A stretch of 64,000 nucleotides of DNA from the human T2T-CHM13v2.0 reference genome, Homo sapiens: NCBI RefSeq assembly GCF_009914755.1, contig NC_060935.1; one strand, given 5' to 3'. A program made the position numbers and the translations under genes. Positions 28,800-41,924 of the stretch are shown in pieces (within the stretch, counting starts at the first letter, position 1; every line of letters begins with the position of its first letter). Below the pieces are notes generated by a model. That model was not told the origin of the DNA. It saw only the letters and a program-made list of their open reading frames with translations, and ran no database searches.

Positions 28800-29560
28800 C
28801 TTCATTGAAACTATTTTTTTTTCTTTTCTTTTAGGGCTCCAGTGATCCTAAGGTTGTTGAATTCAATGGAAACCTTTCAGTAGCACTTGATACAGCAGAT
28901 CTCCATTCTTCTCTTCATTGTCAGGATATCAGCCAGTCTGTTTTTTCCTCTTGCTGTCTGTTATGGCTCATTATCATGCCCCTTGCTGGATAGTCCTCCA
29001 GTAGATTTCTAAATGCTGGAAGTATTGAAAATGAATGAATAAATAAATAAATATTTTTTTGAAAATTAAAAGAGAATGTGGTAAGCATTGAAATAGATAC
29101 AAAAATGAACCTGAAATGGTTGCTGACTTCAAGCCTACTTTAATATAGAGCAAAAAGTGATGTGGGTATTAATAACCGTAAAATGAAGAGTCAATAACCC
29201 ACACAGCCTTCCCATCTTCCTTCTACTCTCAGGTCTCTTCAAGTCTATTCTGCACACAACAGCCAGCAAGTCATTAAGGCACTAAAAAGATAATGTCTTA
29301 CCGTATTGGGACCCCTCCAGTGGCTTACCACCTCAGCGAGAGTAAAACTTAACTCTCTAATAGAACCTCCAGGGTCCTCTGTAATGTGACTTCTGGCTGC
29401 TTTTCCAATCTCATTTTGGACCATTCTTTCCTCTTCAGCTGCACTGGGTCCTTGCTGTTCCTTAAACACTCCAGCTATAGTCCTACCTCAGCCTCTACTG
29501 CATTTCTCTCAGGTTTCCCCAGGGCAATGCTTTCTCTCCTTTGAAGTCTCCACATCATCC
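28800..29560 (+). mobile_element. L2 remnants (several pieces)
   Basis: cagtagcacttgatacag, aatgaatgaataaataa, ctattctgcacacaacagccag, ccttgctgttccttaaacac. Confidence 0.6.
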
Positions 29561-30364
29561 TTGGAAGGAGATTGTGTGGGCAAGAAATAATCACATTGTC
29601 TTGTGCTCCAGAAGCTCGACCTTGTTCTGAATGGAGTCAGTTTAAAGTAAACATCAAGTGGAAAAGAAAGTTACAAAAGGTAAGAAAGGATATGGCTTAT
29701 GTGGAGGTTCATTAGTCCTACCACTTTCAAAGAATTGGTAGCATGGGTACAGTGGCTAGATGTAGGAGTCTGAATTGCATTTCCTTTTTGTTACTAGTGA
29801 TTGGAGCTCCTTCTCTTAAGAAAAGTTGCTCTCCAAGGAACAAGATATACAGACCCCAAAGCCTTGCTTAGCAACCCATTCATAGAAATATATATATAAT
29901 GTCAGACTTAAGGTGCCTAATCTGTTTAATAAATCCTAGTTCCTCAATATTAAATGGAAATGATTATATATTATATATATATATTTGTATAAAATCATCA
30001 TTAATTTAGTAAGGATTTAATGAGCATCTGTCTGTAGCATCTAAAGCAGGTTATTATTAGTTAAATGGTAAGCTATTGTGTAAATGAATTCAAACAAATG
30101 ATATTGAGGTCAGCTAAAACTCATTGACCATTTTCTTTGAATTTGGGGTTCATTCTTCTAACACTACAGCCATTATTCGTTTTTTAAAAATAAGCAATTA
30201 TTGTTAGTTTGGCACAACTTGGAGAAGGTAAAATTCTTAAAGAAAACAGACAATAAATCAATTCACTAGAAACCATTACTGGTTTGCAATAGAGTGAAAT
30301 AATTTAAGCCCCTGGGAGATGATATACTGATAATAAACGTGTAGATGATGATGATGGTGCTGAT

Positions 30365-30585
30365 GATAATTAACATGTACTGAGTATTTATTAAGCCCAT
30401 GTAATTGTGAAAACAAAGAATTGTATTCTCAAATAATCCTGATATAGGCATCATTATTATCCTCATTTTAATGATGAGGGAAAAAAGCTCAGAGAAGTTA
30501 AATAACCTTAACCCAAATTGTGTGGTAAACTGACAGAGCCAGGACTTGAATGAAGGCAGTCTCTCTTCAGAGTCTAGAAATTCTG
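30365..30585 (-). mobile_element. MIR
   Basis: attattatcctcattttaatgatgaggg...gctcagagaagttaaataac...cagagccaggacttgaa. Confidence 0.8.
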
Positions 30586-31632
30586 ACACTGAGATTTGTG
30601 TCAAATTGATAACACATTTATAGGGTTAAATGCAATTAGAATATATGGAATACATTTTTATAGAAATATTTACCAGTTATGGCGTTATATTCCCAATAGT
30701 TTAATTAGGGGAAATCTTGATATTGGTGTGACCGATTTTCTAGAGAATAGTAGTTATAAGGTGAAAGGTGGAAGGTGAAGAAATGATTGGCTAACCTGTG
30801 TCATTTTTAGATCCAATTTCCATGAATTTTTGAACTCTCAGGAATAGAATTCTTGTTTGAATGAGTTGATTTTGAGTGAATCACACTTTGGGAATTCATC
30901 ATAAAAAATAGTCTCAATCATTCCTGGAGACAGAGGGACTGATGTAGTTTGACACATTGCTGGCATGCTCTGAATCCCCACCACTGTCAAGATTTTGAAA
31001 GACATAAAACTAGTTTTCAAATGTTCAAACCTGGGCCTGGGAGAGATTCTGAGTCTCACAATTTGAAAATAAATAAATTTTGTCAAGTGTTTACTGCTCA
31101 AATCCTCCCTGAAAATTGGCATGTCATATTTGCAGGAGAAAGTGGATCCTTCATGTCAGTTTCCAGTAATAGCAAAGAAAGAGTATTTCAGATATGCAGT
31201 ATTATAAAGCACAGAAAGCGTAAGAGAGACTGCTGCACAGATTATGTGTCAAAACTAAAAGTTAGCCAGTCAGTGCAAAGAAAATAATTTTATTTTTATA
31301 AATCTGTCTAGTTTTACATTTCTTAACCATTGATGCTTCCAACACTGAAGTTATAGTAGGTCCTACAAAGAAACAAGAGTAAAAAGTGTAGACAGTGATT
31401 CCCAAGCAATTTACTAATAAAAAGTCCATTTGATTATTTTATTTTGAGAAGTATTATTTCATTTTCACATTGTGAATGATGCAGACATCACAAAGTCTCT
31501 ATAGACTAAAACACGAAGTTTGCATACACTGATATTTTCACTCCTACTCTTCACAGTAATTATTTATCAGCAGTTTTGAGTTTATCCTTGCAGTTTTCTT
31601 TCTACATTTTGCATATCTATACATGTACATAT

Positions 31633-31639
<7 letters not shown>

Positions 31640-31668
<29 letters not shown>
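31640..31668. repeat. (CA)n microsatellite
   Basis: CA run. Confidence 0.95.
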
Positions 31669-31671
<3 letters not shown>

Positions 31672-31787
31672 ATACATACATAATGATGGCTTTGGGCATA
31701 GTCTCAAAAAATTAACAATGTGTTTTATACATCGTTTAATGTTATTATTTTCAAGGGCAGGATGATGTTTAAAGATAAGTATGCATA

Positions 31788-32145
<358 letters not shown>

Positions 32146-32215
32146 TTAAGATTTAATGTATTTCTCATTTTTAGTTCACAATTTTGCTCTTAAATACAAT
32201 GCTGTAGAAATTTTA

Positions 32216-32342
32216 TTTTCAGCCATGATAGGGTAACTGCTTCCAAACTTGCCCTTCTACCATAAGCAACTATAAAATCGAATAAAATATGTGAGGTAAC
32301 TCTTTGAGGCATTGGGCGGCAGGCAATACAGGAAGGTGATTC
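32216..32342 (+). mobile_element. Ancient L1M 5'-region-like fragment
   Basis: cagccatgatagggtaac...caactataaaatcgaataaaatatgtga...cattgggcggcaggcaatacagga resembles L1M4/L1MC 5' ends (recalled). Confidence 0.5.
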
Positions 32343-32391
<49 letters not shown>

Positions 32392-32888
32392 CTTTAAGTT
32401 TTAGGGTACATGTGCACAATGTGCAGGTTAGTTACATATGTATACATGTGCCATGCTGGTGTGCTGCACCCATTAACTCGTCATTTAGCATTAGGTATAT
32501 TGCCTAATGCTATCCCTCCCCCCTCTCCCCACCCCACAACAGTCCCCAGAGTGTGATGTTCCCCTTCCTGTGTCCATGTGTTCTCATTGTTCAATTCCCA
32601 TCTATGAGTGAGAACATGCAGTGTTTGGTTTTTTGTCCTTGCGATAGTTTACTGAGAATGATGATTTCCAATTTCATCCATGTCCCTACAAAGGACATGG
32701 ACTCGTCATTTTTTATGGCTGCATAGTATTCCATGGTGTATATGTGCCACATTTTCTTAATCCAGTCTATCATTGTTGGACATTTGGGTTGGTTCCAAGT
32801 CTTTGCTATTGTGAATAGTGCCGCAATAAACATACGTGTGCATGTGTCTTTACAGCAGCATGATTTATAGTCCTTTGGGTATATACCC
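32343..32888 (-). mobile_element. L1PA3-type 3' fragment with (TTA)n tail
   Basis: atactttaagttttagggtac...cattaactcgtcatttagc...gggtatataccc. The ORF2 C-terminal peptide (CTRMFIAALFTIAKTW) appears in the ORF track. Confidence 0.95.
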
Positions 32889-33104
32889 TGTATGGCATAA
32901 AGAAGTCTGTGGGATTCCAAGTTTGTTAAGGAATTTTTTTTTCTGGTCAATTGAAAACAAAACTCTGGTGTTAGACATATCTGGATACTGATTGAAAGTC
33001 ATGCCTTGTGAACAAAAGATACTATATCCAGAGAAATTCCAATCCAAATATTTAAAATAAAAATGCAAAAAAGAAACTGTGTTAAGAGCTTTAAAATAAA
33101 TTTA

Positions 33105-35680
33105 TTTTTTTAAAGAATCTCCATACTGTTTTCCATAATGAGTGTACTAATTTATATTCCCACCAACAGTGTATAACAGTAGCCTTTTCTCTACATCCTC
33201 ACTAGCATTTGATATTTGTTTTCTTTTTGATAATGACCATGCAAAATGGGGTGAGATGATATTTCATTGCAGTTTTGATTTACATCTCCCTGATGATTAG
33301 TGATGTCAAATATTTTTTCATATACATATTGGCCACTTTTTAGGTTTTCCTTTGAGAAATGTCTATTCAGATCTTATGTCCACTTAAAAAATTGATGATG
33401 ATGATGATGATTGCTATTGAGTTGTTTGAATTCCTTATATATTATGGATATTAACCCCTTGTCTGATGCATAGGTGCAAATATTTCCTGCCATTCTGAAA
33501 GTAGTCTATTCATTCTGTTAATTTTTTTTCTTTTGCTGTGCAGAAGCGTTTTAGTTTGATATAATCCTATTTTTCTATTTTTGCTTTTGTTACCTGTGTT
33601 TCTGAGGTTATATCCAAAAAATTGCCCAAACCAATGTCATGATGAATTTCCCCCATTTTCTTTGAGTAGTGTCATAGCTCAGGGTCTTAAAATCTTTAAT
33701 GCATTTTGAATTGATTTTTGCATAAGATGAGAGATGGGTCTAGTTTTATTCTTCTGCTTGTGGATATCCAGTTTTCTCAGCACCAATTATTGAAGAGACT
33801 CTCCTTTCCCCAATATGTGTTCTTTGCACCTTTGTAGAAGATCAGTTGGCTATAAATGTGTGAATTCACTTCTCGGTTCTCTGTTCTGCTCCATTGATCT
33901 GTGTCTATTTTTATGCCGGTACTTTGGTGTTTTGATTAATATTGCTTTGTAGTATATTTTAAAGTTGGGTAATGTGATGCCTCCAGCTTCATCCTATTTG
34001 TCCAAGATTACTTTGGCTATTTAGGGTTTTTTAATTTTGTACACATTTTAAGTTTTCATATGAATTTTAGGATTTTAAAAACATTTTTTGTGAAGAATGT
34101 CATTGGTATTTTTATAGAGATTGAATTAAGTCTATAATTTATGGATGTTTTAACAATATTGATTTTTCCAGTTCATGGACCTGGGATATTTTTCCATTTA
34201 TTTGTGTCCTTTTCAGTTTCTTTCATCGGCATGTCATAGTTTTCATTGAAGAGATCTTTCATCTCCTTGATTAAATTTATTCCTAGGTATTTTTTTTTGT
34301 AACTATTACAAATAAGATTGCTTTCTTGATTTCTTTTTCAGATAGTCACTATTAATGTATAGCAACACTACTGAATTTTTATGTTGATTTTATGTACAGA
34401 AACTTTACTGAATTTATTTACTGCTTCTAATAGATTTTTTTGTATGTGTGTGGAGTCTTCAGGGTTTTCTATAGACGAGATCATGTTATCTGCAAACAAG
34501 GACAATTTGACTTTCTCCTTTCCAATTTGGAAGCTCTTTATTTCTTTCTCTTAACTTAATTGCTCTGTCTAGGACTTCCAGTACTATGTTGAATTAAACT
34601 GGTAAAAGTGGGCATTATTGTTATGTTCCAGGTTTTAGAGGAAAAAAATTTAACCTTTCCTTTTTCAGTATTATGTTTGCTGTGGGTTTGTCATATGCAA
34701 ACTTTATTGTGTTGAAATATATTTCTTCTATCCTTAATTTGTTGAGTTTTTAAATCATAAAGAGATGTTTAATTTTATCAAATGCTTTTTCTGCATCTAT
34801 TGAGATGATCATATGCTTTTTGTCCTTTATTCTGTTAATGTGATGTATCACATTTATTGATTTGTATATGTTGAATCATCCTAACAACCCTGGGATAAAT
34901 CCCATGTAATCATGGTAAATAATCTTTATGATGAGCTGTTGATTTGGCTTGCTATTATTTTGTTGAGGTTTTGTTTGCATCTATGTCCATCAAGGATATG
35001 CTATATGATCAGCAATCCCACTAATGGGTATGTAGCTAAAGAAAATGAAATCAGTATATCAAAGAGATATCTGCACACCCATGTTTGTTGCAGTACTACT
35101 CACAGTAGCTAAGATATGGAATCAACCTTAGTGTTCATCAACAAATAAATGTACAAAGAAAATAATGTAGTTTATTTACATAATTAAGCATTATTGAGTC
35201 ATAAAAAAGAATGAAATCTTGTCATTTGCAGCAACATGGATGAGCCTGGAAGACATTATATCAAATGAAGTAAGCCAATCACACAAAGACAAATATTACA
35301 TGATCTTACTCATATGTGGAGTCTGAAAGGTTGATCTCATAGAAGTAGACAGTATAATAGTTGTTACCAGAGATGGGAAAAGCTGAGCAGGAGAGTGATG
35401 GGGAGAGGTTAATCAATGGTACAAAGTTACAGATAGATGGGAAGAATAAGTTCTTGTGTTCCATTGCACAGTAGGGTGACTCTAATTAATAATAATACAG
35501 TGTATGTTTCAAAATAGCTAGAAGAGAGGATTTTTAATGTTCTTAACACAAAGAAGTAATAAACGTTTGAGGTGATGGACATGCTAATTACACTAATTTG
35601 ATTATTGTACGTTTTATACCTGCATCAAAACATGACACTATACCCCATAATGATACACAATTAAATGGCAATTAAAAATA
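33105..35680. mobile_element. L1MA (about MA4-5) with 5' inversion: antisense 33105-~34998, sense ~34999-35680
   Basis: Orientation switches at ~34998. The two pieces abut in L1 coordinates. TSD AAAATAAATTTA at 33093-33104 and 35681-35692, the left copy preceded by TTT. Confidence 0.88.
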
Positions 35681-35929
35681 AAAATAAATTTAAAAGTGTT
35701 TTTAAATGCCTTATTATTTTTGAGCCCTAAATGGAAAGGTAAGCCAAACAACTTTGTGATTGCAGTAATTCAATTCTAGAAAATTTTTTTTGGCCATTGG
35801 CACAATGATTAGACATTATACATTCTGTCATTTCTTTTTCCTATCATTCTGCAATTCCTAATAGAAACATATTGAAGTTTTAAATTCTGTTGCCAGTGAT
35901 AAATAATCATTTTTTAAAAATTCGTTATA

Positions 35930-36350
35930 GTGTTTTCATTTCTCTGTGATCCATTTTGGTTGATTTCCTTAGACACCAAATTCAGTTTAATAATTCTCTC
36001 TTCAGCTTTGTGTAATCTGCTCTTTATTAGATGCACTGAGATTTTATTGCCAATTACTGTATTATGTTTTACATTTATGGAATTTTTATTTGATTCTTCT
36101 GTAGAAAATGTACCTACTCTTGTTAATACTACATGGTTATTTGATTTTGTTTCCCCCTCTTCAGTGTACGTCTTCGATTATTTTAAACAGATTGTTAAAT
36201 AGATTTATTCTTAGTATTCTATTATTTGAAGTTCTTTTCTTGAATTTTTGCAATACTTAATCTTGCTCATGCTAGTTTATTTATGTGAGTCGCAATTATT
36301 TTAGTTTGAGCCCATAGCTGCTGAGAGTGTTTTTCTTTGTGTGGGTCCTA
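35930..36350 (-). mobile_element. Ancient L1M ORF1-region remnant
   Basis: ttcagtttaataattctctcttcagctttgtgtaatctgct...ttttatttgattctt. Confidence 0.5.
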
Positions 36351-36519
36351 TGAGCCTTCTGATATGGAAGTGTTTTTATAGGAACAGCTTCTTATTTCAA
36401 TCAGATCAATAGAAGTTTCAACTGTTTGACTGATACTAGTTTTTGTTAATTTTTCAGCAGTATGCTCACTCACTTCATAGTGTGAATTTTTATGTGGCAT
36501 TTGGCTTTGTGTTTTTACC

Positions 36520-36960
36520 TGATGTCTAGAAAAATGAAAGCTCATAGAAGAGGGCTAATATGTTATTATTTAATACCAAGCATAATCACAAGAGTAGAAA
36601 TGTGAAACAAGGATAGTGAAACAGTACAGAAAAAAGAGTCAATGCAAAGATGTGTTATCTGTCTGCCCCCTGCTAAGGGTGACTAATTGCTTCATCCTTG
36701 GAATCATGCCTTTCAGCAGCCTTTTAAAATATATATCAGCAGTGTTGCTGTGAGTGAATCTACCACAGGGCAAGGAGGGAAAAAGAAAAGGCAAAGAATT
36801 TGCCTACAGGATCAACTGGATCATCTTTCCCTTTGGTTAAAAGTGCAACCCATGAGATATATATATATATGTGCCTAGAAATATTCTTTACCACATTGTT
36901 TCTCATGCTTAACAAAAATGCCCCAAGGAGGAGGCAGGAAGCATGCAGGCAGGAGGTGAG
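36520..36960. mobile_element. ERVL LTR16-like remnant
   Basis: gtgaaacag...aaagagtcaatgcaaagatgtgttatc...gggtgactaattgcttcatcc. Confidence 0.45.
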
Positions 36961-38388
36961 AGTTATTGCATGATCAGGAGGTGATCAGGTAGGTCTTGTC
37001 TGGGTAGCCAGGAGCTACCCGTAGTACAGATACTTTGGTCACCTTGACCCTAAGGATCTCTTGGTATCCTAGATTTTTGAACTTGGGATGAATGCAAGTA
37101 ATCATCAGGGCTGGTTTGGTTTAAAGGCAAGTGTGTAATTCTGGGGGCTACATAATGCAATCTAATGTATCCAGCTTTCATTTCCCAATGGGTACATTTT
37201 TTGTTTACTTTTCCCTGGATAACTGATAATCTTTCTCATTTTATACATGAGTGATAGTATATATTTCTATTTACTTTATTTTATGGAGGCGGTAGCTCTG
37301 TTATGTTCCAGATGTTATGCTTGATTTCTAAACTGCAGATCTCCAGCCTCATCTCATGCAAGGGTATCTTTGACAGGGTATTTTAATGAACTAGGTGAGA
37401 GATGATCATCCATTTTCTTGTCTTTCCTATTTCACAGGGAAAGGTCAAATAAGAAACTTTTAAAGTGAAATATCTCTGAATATTTTAAATTATTGAATAC
37501 TATGTATATCCTGTTGTTGTGGTTTTTATTAATGTATGAAGTTTCAAAGGGGAGAAAAATAAATACTTTCAACACTCTACAGTTCCAATGACAATGCCTT
37601 AGTGCATAACTTTAGGCATTATTCTACCCAGTTTCTAAGAGACAAATAAAGAATATCCAGGATCTAAGAATAGCGTCAGCTTGAAGGTCACCTGTGTATT
37701 AATTATACACATTTATGTTGTGTTAAACATATACACATAATCAAGAAAGTGTTATTTGTAAAAATGTCTTGATTTTTATATTAAAAAGTTCTGCTGTGTT
37801 TTCTTCATGTGGATCTCATTGCAGATACATCTGCCTACTGTTTTGTGTCAGAACTGCAACACTCCTACAACTATATAAATTGTACAGCTTTCATTACTAT
37901 GGACTGAGAAAGTATGTTTTTCCCTTCTCATTAACATGGATACAAATGTACTTTCTAAGTTTTAAAGTGTGAATCAGCTAAATTAATATTAACATATTTA
38001 AAATAGTATACTTGATGAGGAAAATATAATAAAATTTAGTCACTATTTCTGATAACTATCCATGTTGTGGCAGAGAATGCAGCTAGGACATAGCTAGAAA
38101 AATGGAGAAGTGTTAGCTTGCCATAAAGCAGAGGTTAAATAGAGTAGGAATAGATTGATTGACTCTCAAATAAGAGCAATAGTGATCTTCTATTTAATTG
38201 CCTATGTCTCTTTCTCACATTAGAGGTGGTTCTATAAGCACTGAAGTCCAACAAAGCTCTTTTTATGTTTTTTTTCCTTATTTAACCACACTGATGTTTT
38301 GCAAAGTAGTTCCAGAGGAAAGGTCTTCCACCAATAGTCTGAAATGAATAATTGGTTGTGATTAATAAACACCAGATTATTGTGCATT

Positions 38389-38471
38389 ATATATGTGGAC
38401 AGTCATCTTTCCGAGACATTACAAATGGATATATGTGGACAGTCATCTTTCCGAGACATTACAAATGGATA
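38389..38471. repeat. Perfect 40-bp tandem duplication
   Basis: atatgtggacagtcatctttccgagacattacaaatggat at 38391-38430 and 38431-38470. Confidence 0.98.
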
Positions 38472-38611
38472 CCTTTGGGCAATAAAGAACTTACAAATCT
38501 ATAGGCAGCAATTAAGAAATAAGCAAATATTCCTGATTGATAAATTGTAGTGACAAGACATATCAGAAAACAAATCTGAATTTAAAACTTTAACAAAATG
38601 ATATACAAAAT

Positions 38612-38945
38612 ACGTGACATCAGCAAGACGGCTGACTAAAGGTGCCTGGCACTTGTCCTCATGCACACAAAAAAGGACCAAAGCAACAAACAAAAAACTA
38701 AAATTTCACTAGAATGTCTGAGGGAGAGTGCTGGAGTGCAGCAAGGAAGTATTAGGGTCCCTGTAGAGCATGGGAGCTCAGGATGGCAGCATAGAGAGAG
38801 GAGTGTGATCAAGGCACCCAGCCTCTGCTGCTCCATCTCCCCTGAGAGGTTCAGCTTGGAGCCAGGAGGTACTTCCCCTTGCAATTGCTGCTGCAGACAC
38901 CGACATTCCTTACTACAGGAGAATCCCATAGTCTAATGAGTTCTC
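38612..38945 (+). mobile_element. Isolated old L1 5' end (L1M2/L1MA-type 5'UTR)
   Basis: gacatcagcaagacggctgacta (YY1-type caagatggc with one mismatch) followed by GC-richer 5'UTR-like sequence. No ORF1 follows. Confidence 0.6.
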
Positions 38946-38957
38946 ACAGTGTTGTGT

Positions 38958-39080
38958 CTGGATTAGAAGCAGCAGCATCACCTGGGAGCTTACTCAAAAT
39001 GCAGATCCTAGGCTCCGCCTCAAATGCACCAAACACCCTTTCATGTAATCCCAATGTTTACTAAAGTCTGAGAACCACCA
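38958..39080 (+). mobile_element. MER5A relic, internally deleted
   Basis: agcagcagcatcacctgggagctt...aaatgcagat...aaagtctgagaaccac. Confidence 0.75.
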
Positions 39081-39684
39081 CTTTTCTATATCATTAATTC
39101 TTAGGAAACTTTTCAAAGAGTAATGTTTGGCTATATATTAATCCATGCATTAAAGGGCTTTTCTAAGCATGGTGGATATTACCATGTTGCTTATTTATTT
39201 GTTTGATTGGTTAGGTAAACTTTGTATTTAAGTAAAATCTATGTAAAGGAAAAGAGCACAGATTAAATTTTACACTGTGAACACATCTGCATAATCACTA
39301 CCCTGATTAAGATATAGAGCATTCTCATTAGCCCAGAAATTCTCCCATTGTTCCTTCTAAATACAATTACTCCCACAGATTAATATTCTGATTTTATCAC
39401 AACCCCAAATGTTGAACTCTACAAATCATTTGCTTTGTGTAATTTTGTGTCTGCCTTATATTACTAAACAACATGTTTGTGAGCTGTATCCATGTTATGG
39501 CACATGCCAATGGTTCATTGCTTCATAGTACTACAATGCATTAACGTAACACAATTTGTTTATCCATTGCACCAATACTAGACATGAGAGTTATTTTCAG
39601 TTTGAGCTCTCATGAATAATAAAGCTATGAACACTTTTATATGTATTTTTGGTGTATTTGTTTATTTAGTGTCCAGATAACTTT

Positions 39685-40137
39685 TGTCTTAGTTTGAGTT
39701 CTCTCAGAAACAGACCTCAAGAAAAGAATGTGAGTATAAATAGTTTAAACGGGCGGTAATCCCGGGAAGCCCTGGTAGAGGTTGAAAAGTGAGGAGTGAA
39801 GAAGAAAGTCAATAAAGATTGCATCATCAACCGGTAACTACTTTGGGTAGCAAGTAGTTGCTACACAAATGACTCCAAGTTATCCCAATTAGAGGGGAAA
39901 AGCCATGAAAATTATCTACCAATTCCTGTCAATTCAGCCATTGTTGATGATGTTCCTAGAACACTCAATTTATCAGCAATTCTGGCATAAATAATATGTT
40001 TACAGGGAATGTTTTAGGCAGATAAATAATGTAGAAAAAAGTCACAGGTATGAAGTTAAGAAAATCATCAGTTTAGAGTAAATGGAAATGGCGAATTTTT
40101 AAGAGAAATTGGTGGGGCACCAAGAATTTCTAATACA
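39685..40137. mobile_element. ERVL LTR16-type solo LTR
   Basis: tgtcttagtttgagttctctcagaaacagacc...gagtataaatagttta...gggcaccaa...taca with TG...CA ends. Confidence 0.65.
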
Positions 40138-40503
40138 GGCATGTACTCTGAGGTGCAGCTGCTGGCTTATCAGACACATATGGGTTCAGCTTTAGTAAAC
40201 ATTGCTAAAGAGTTCTCCAAAATGGAATTATCCATTTCCATTTCCACCAGTATGAGAGTTTTAGTTATTCTACATTCCTGCCAACATTTATATTGTCAGA
40301 TTTTTATATTTTTATTACCATAACGATTTTTAGACATTCTGATTTATATGTGCCATTGTAACTTTGAATTTCCTTGATGAATATTGAAGTTAAGGATCTT
40401 TTCATATATGAATTCATCATTTAGATATTCTTTTGTGAAGTATCCTATGTTACTATCTGAAGATGTTTTATTTTACCTTTCATATTTTGGTTATTATCCA
40501 TCA

Positions 40504-40830
<327 letters not shown>

Positions 40831-41405
40831 CTAATGCTTTTTCCTACATTGATATGCAATTGATTGAATACCATATATTGAGACGATTATAATTTCCTTC
40901 AATGCGTTGTACAGACATTTTTATTGTAAAATAGTTGACTCATTGTTAATTTTTATTCATTGGTTTTACATAACATATTTATGTGTGGCATTTTATTGTA
41001 TTTAACTTGCTTGGTTTTCTTAAAACTCATTGAACACATGGCATGACATCTTTTTGGCTTGAAAATTACCATTATTTTCTCCTCAAATATTGCTTTTCTT
41101 CATTGTCTTTTTCTTCTCTTCAAGGTCTCTAGTTACAAGTATGTTATCATTTCCCCATCTTGTCCTACATATTCTTAAGCTCTTTTATACATTTTTCAAC
41201 TCCCATCTTTTCTAGATTTTACTCTCTCTCCACTATTTTACACTTTATACTGTCAACTATTTCACTAATTTCTCCAATTCAGTTATCTGCTTTTATAAGA
41301 TATATCCTCACAATTTATGTCCAGCATCATCTTAAGTATATTTCAATAATAATTTTAAAGTGATTATTACAAAGCATTCAAAGAAAACATTTTTTTGCCT
41401 CCTAT

Positions 41406-41530
41406 AGCTGGGAGTGCTGGCGCATATCTGCAGTCCCAGCCACTTAGGAGGGTGATGCAGGAGGATCACTTGAGTCCAGGGATTTAAGGACAGCCTGAAC
41501 AATGCGGTGAAACTGTCTCTGAAATAAAAT
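41406..41530 (+). mobile_element. FLAM (free left Alu monomer)
   Basis: Single monomer ggaggatcacttgagtccaggg...cagcctgaacaa... with an A-rich tail. Confidence 0.75.
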
Positions 41531-41533
41531 AGT

Positions 41534-41892
41534 TGTGTTAGTCTGTTTTCAAACTGCTATAAAGAACTACCAGAAATGGGTAATTTTAAGAAGAAAAGAG
41601 GTTTAATTGACTCACAATTCTACATGGGTGGGGAGGCCTCAGGAAACTTAATGATCATGGCGGAAAGTGAAGTGGAAGCAAAGCACGTCTTACATGATGG
41701 CAGGAGAGAGAAAGGGGGAAGTGACACACTTTGAAACCATCAGATAACATGAGAACTCACTCACTTTCACGAGAACAGCATGAGTGAAACCGCCTCCGTG
41801 ATCCAATTACCTCCCATCAGTCCCCTCCCTCGACATGTGGGATTACATTTCAAGATGAGATTCGGGTGAGGACACAGAGCCAAATTATATCA
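41534..41892 (-). mobile_element. THE1D-type solo LTR
   Basis: tgtgttagtctgttttc...gaggcctcaggaaactta...ggacacagagccaaattatatca. Confidence 0.9.
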
Positions 41893-41924
41893 TTAATATA
41901 GATAAATAAAATAATAGCCTCCTC

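Noticed and set aside
29495-29690. Possible + strand exon (ttctctcag| ... aaag|gtaaga); similar pair at ~51690-51900
   Set aside because: Splice-like motifs occur by chance at this density and there is no coding signal. RNA data would be needed.
30266-31287. Cluster of 94-112-aa ORFs
   Set aside because: Overlap MIR and other repeat remnants; no protein family similarity recognised.
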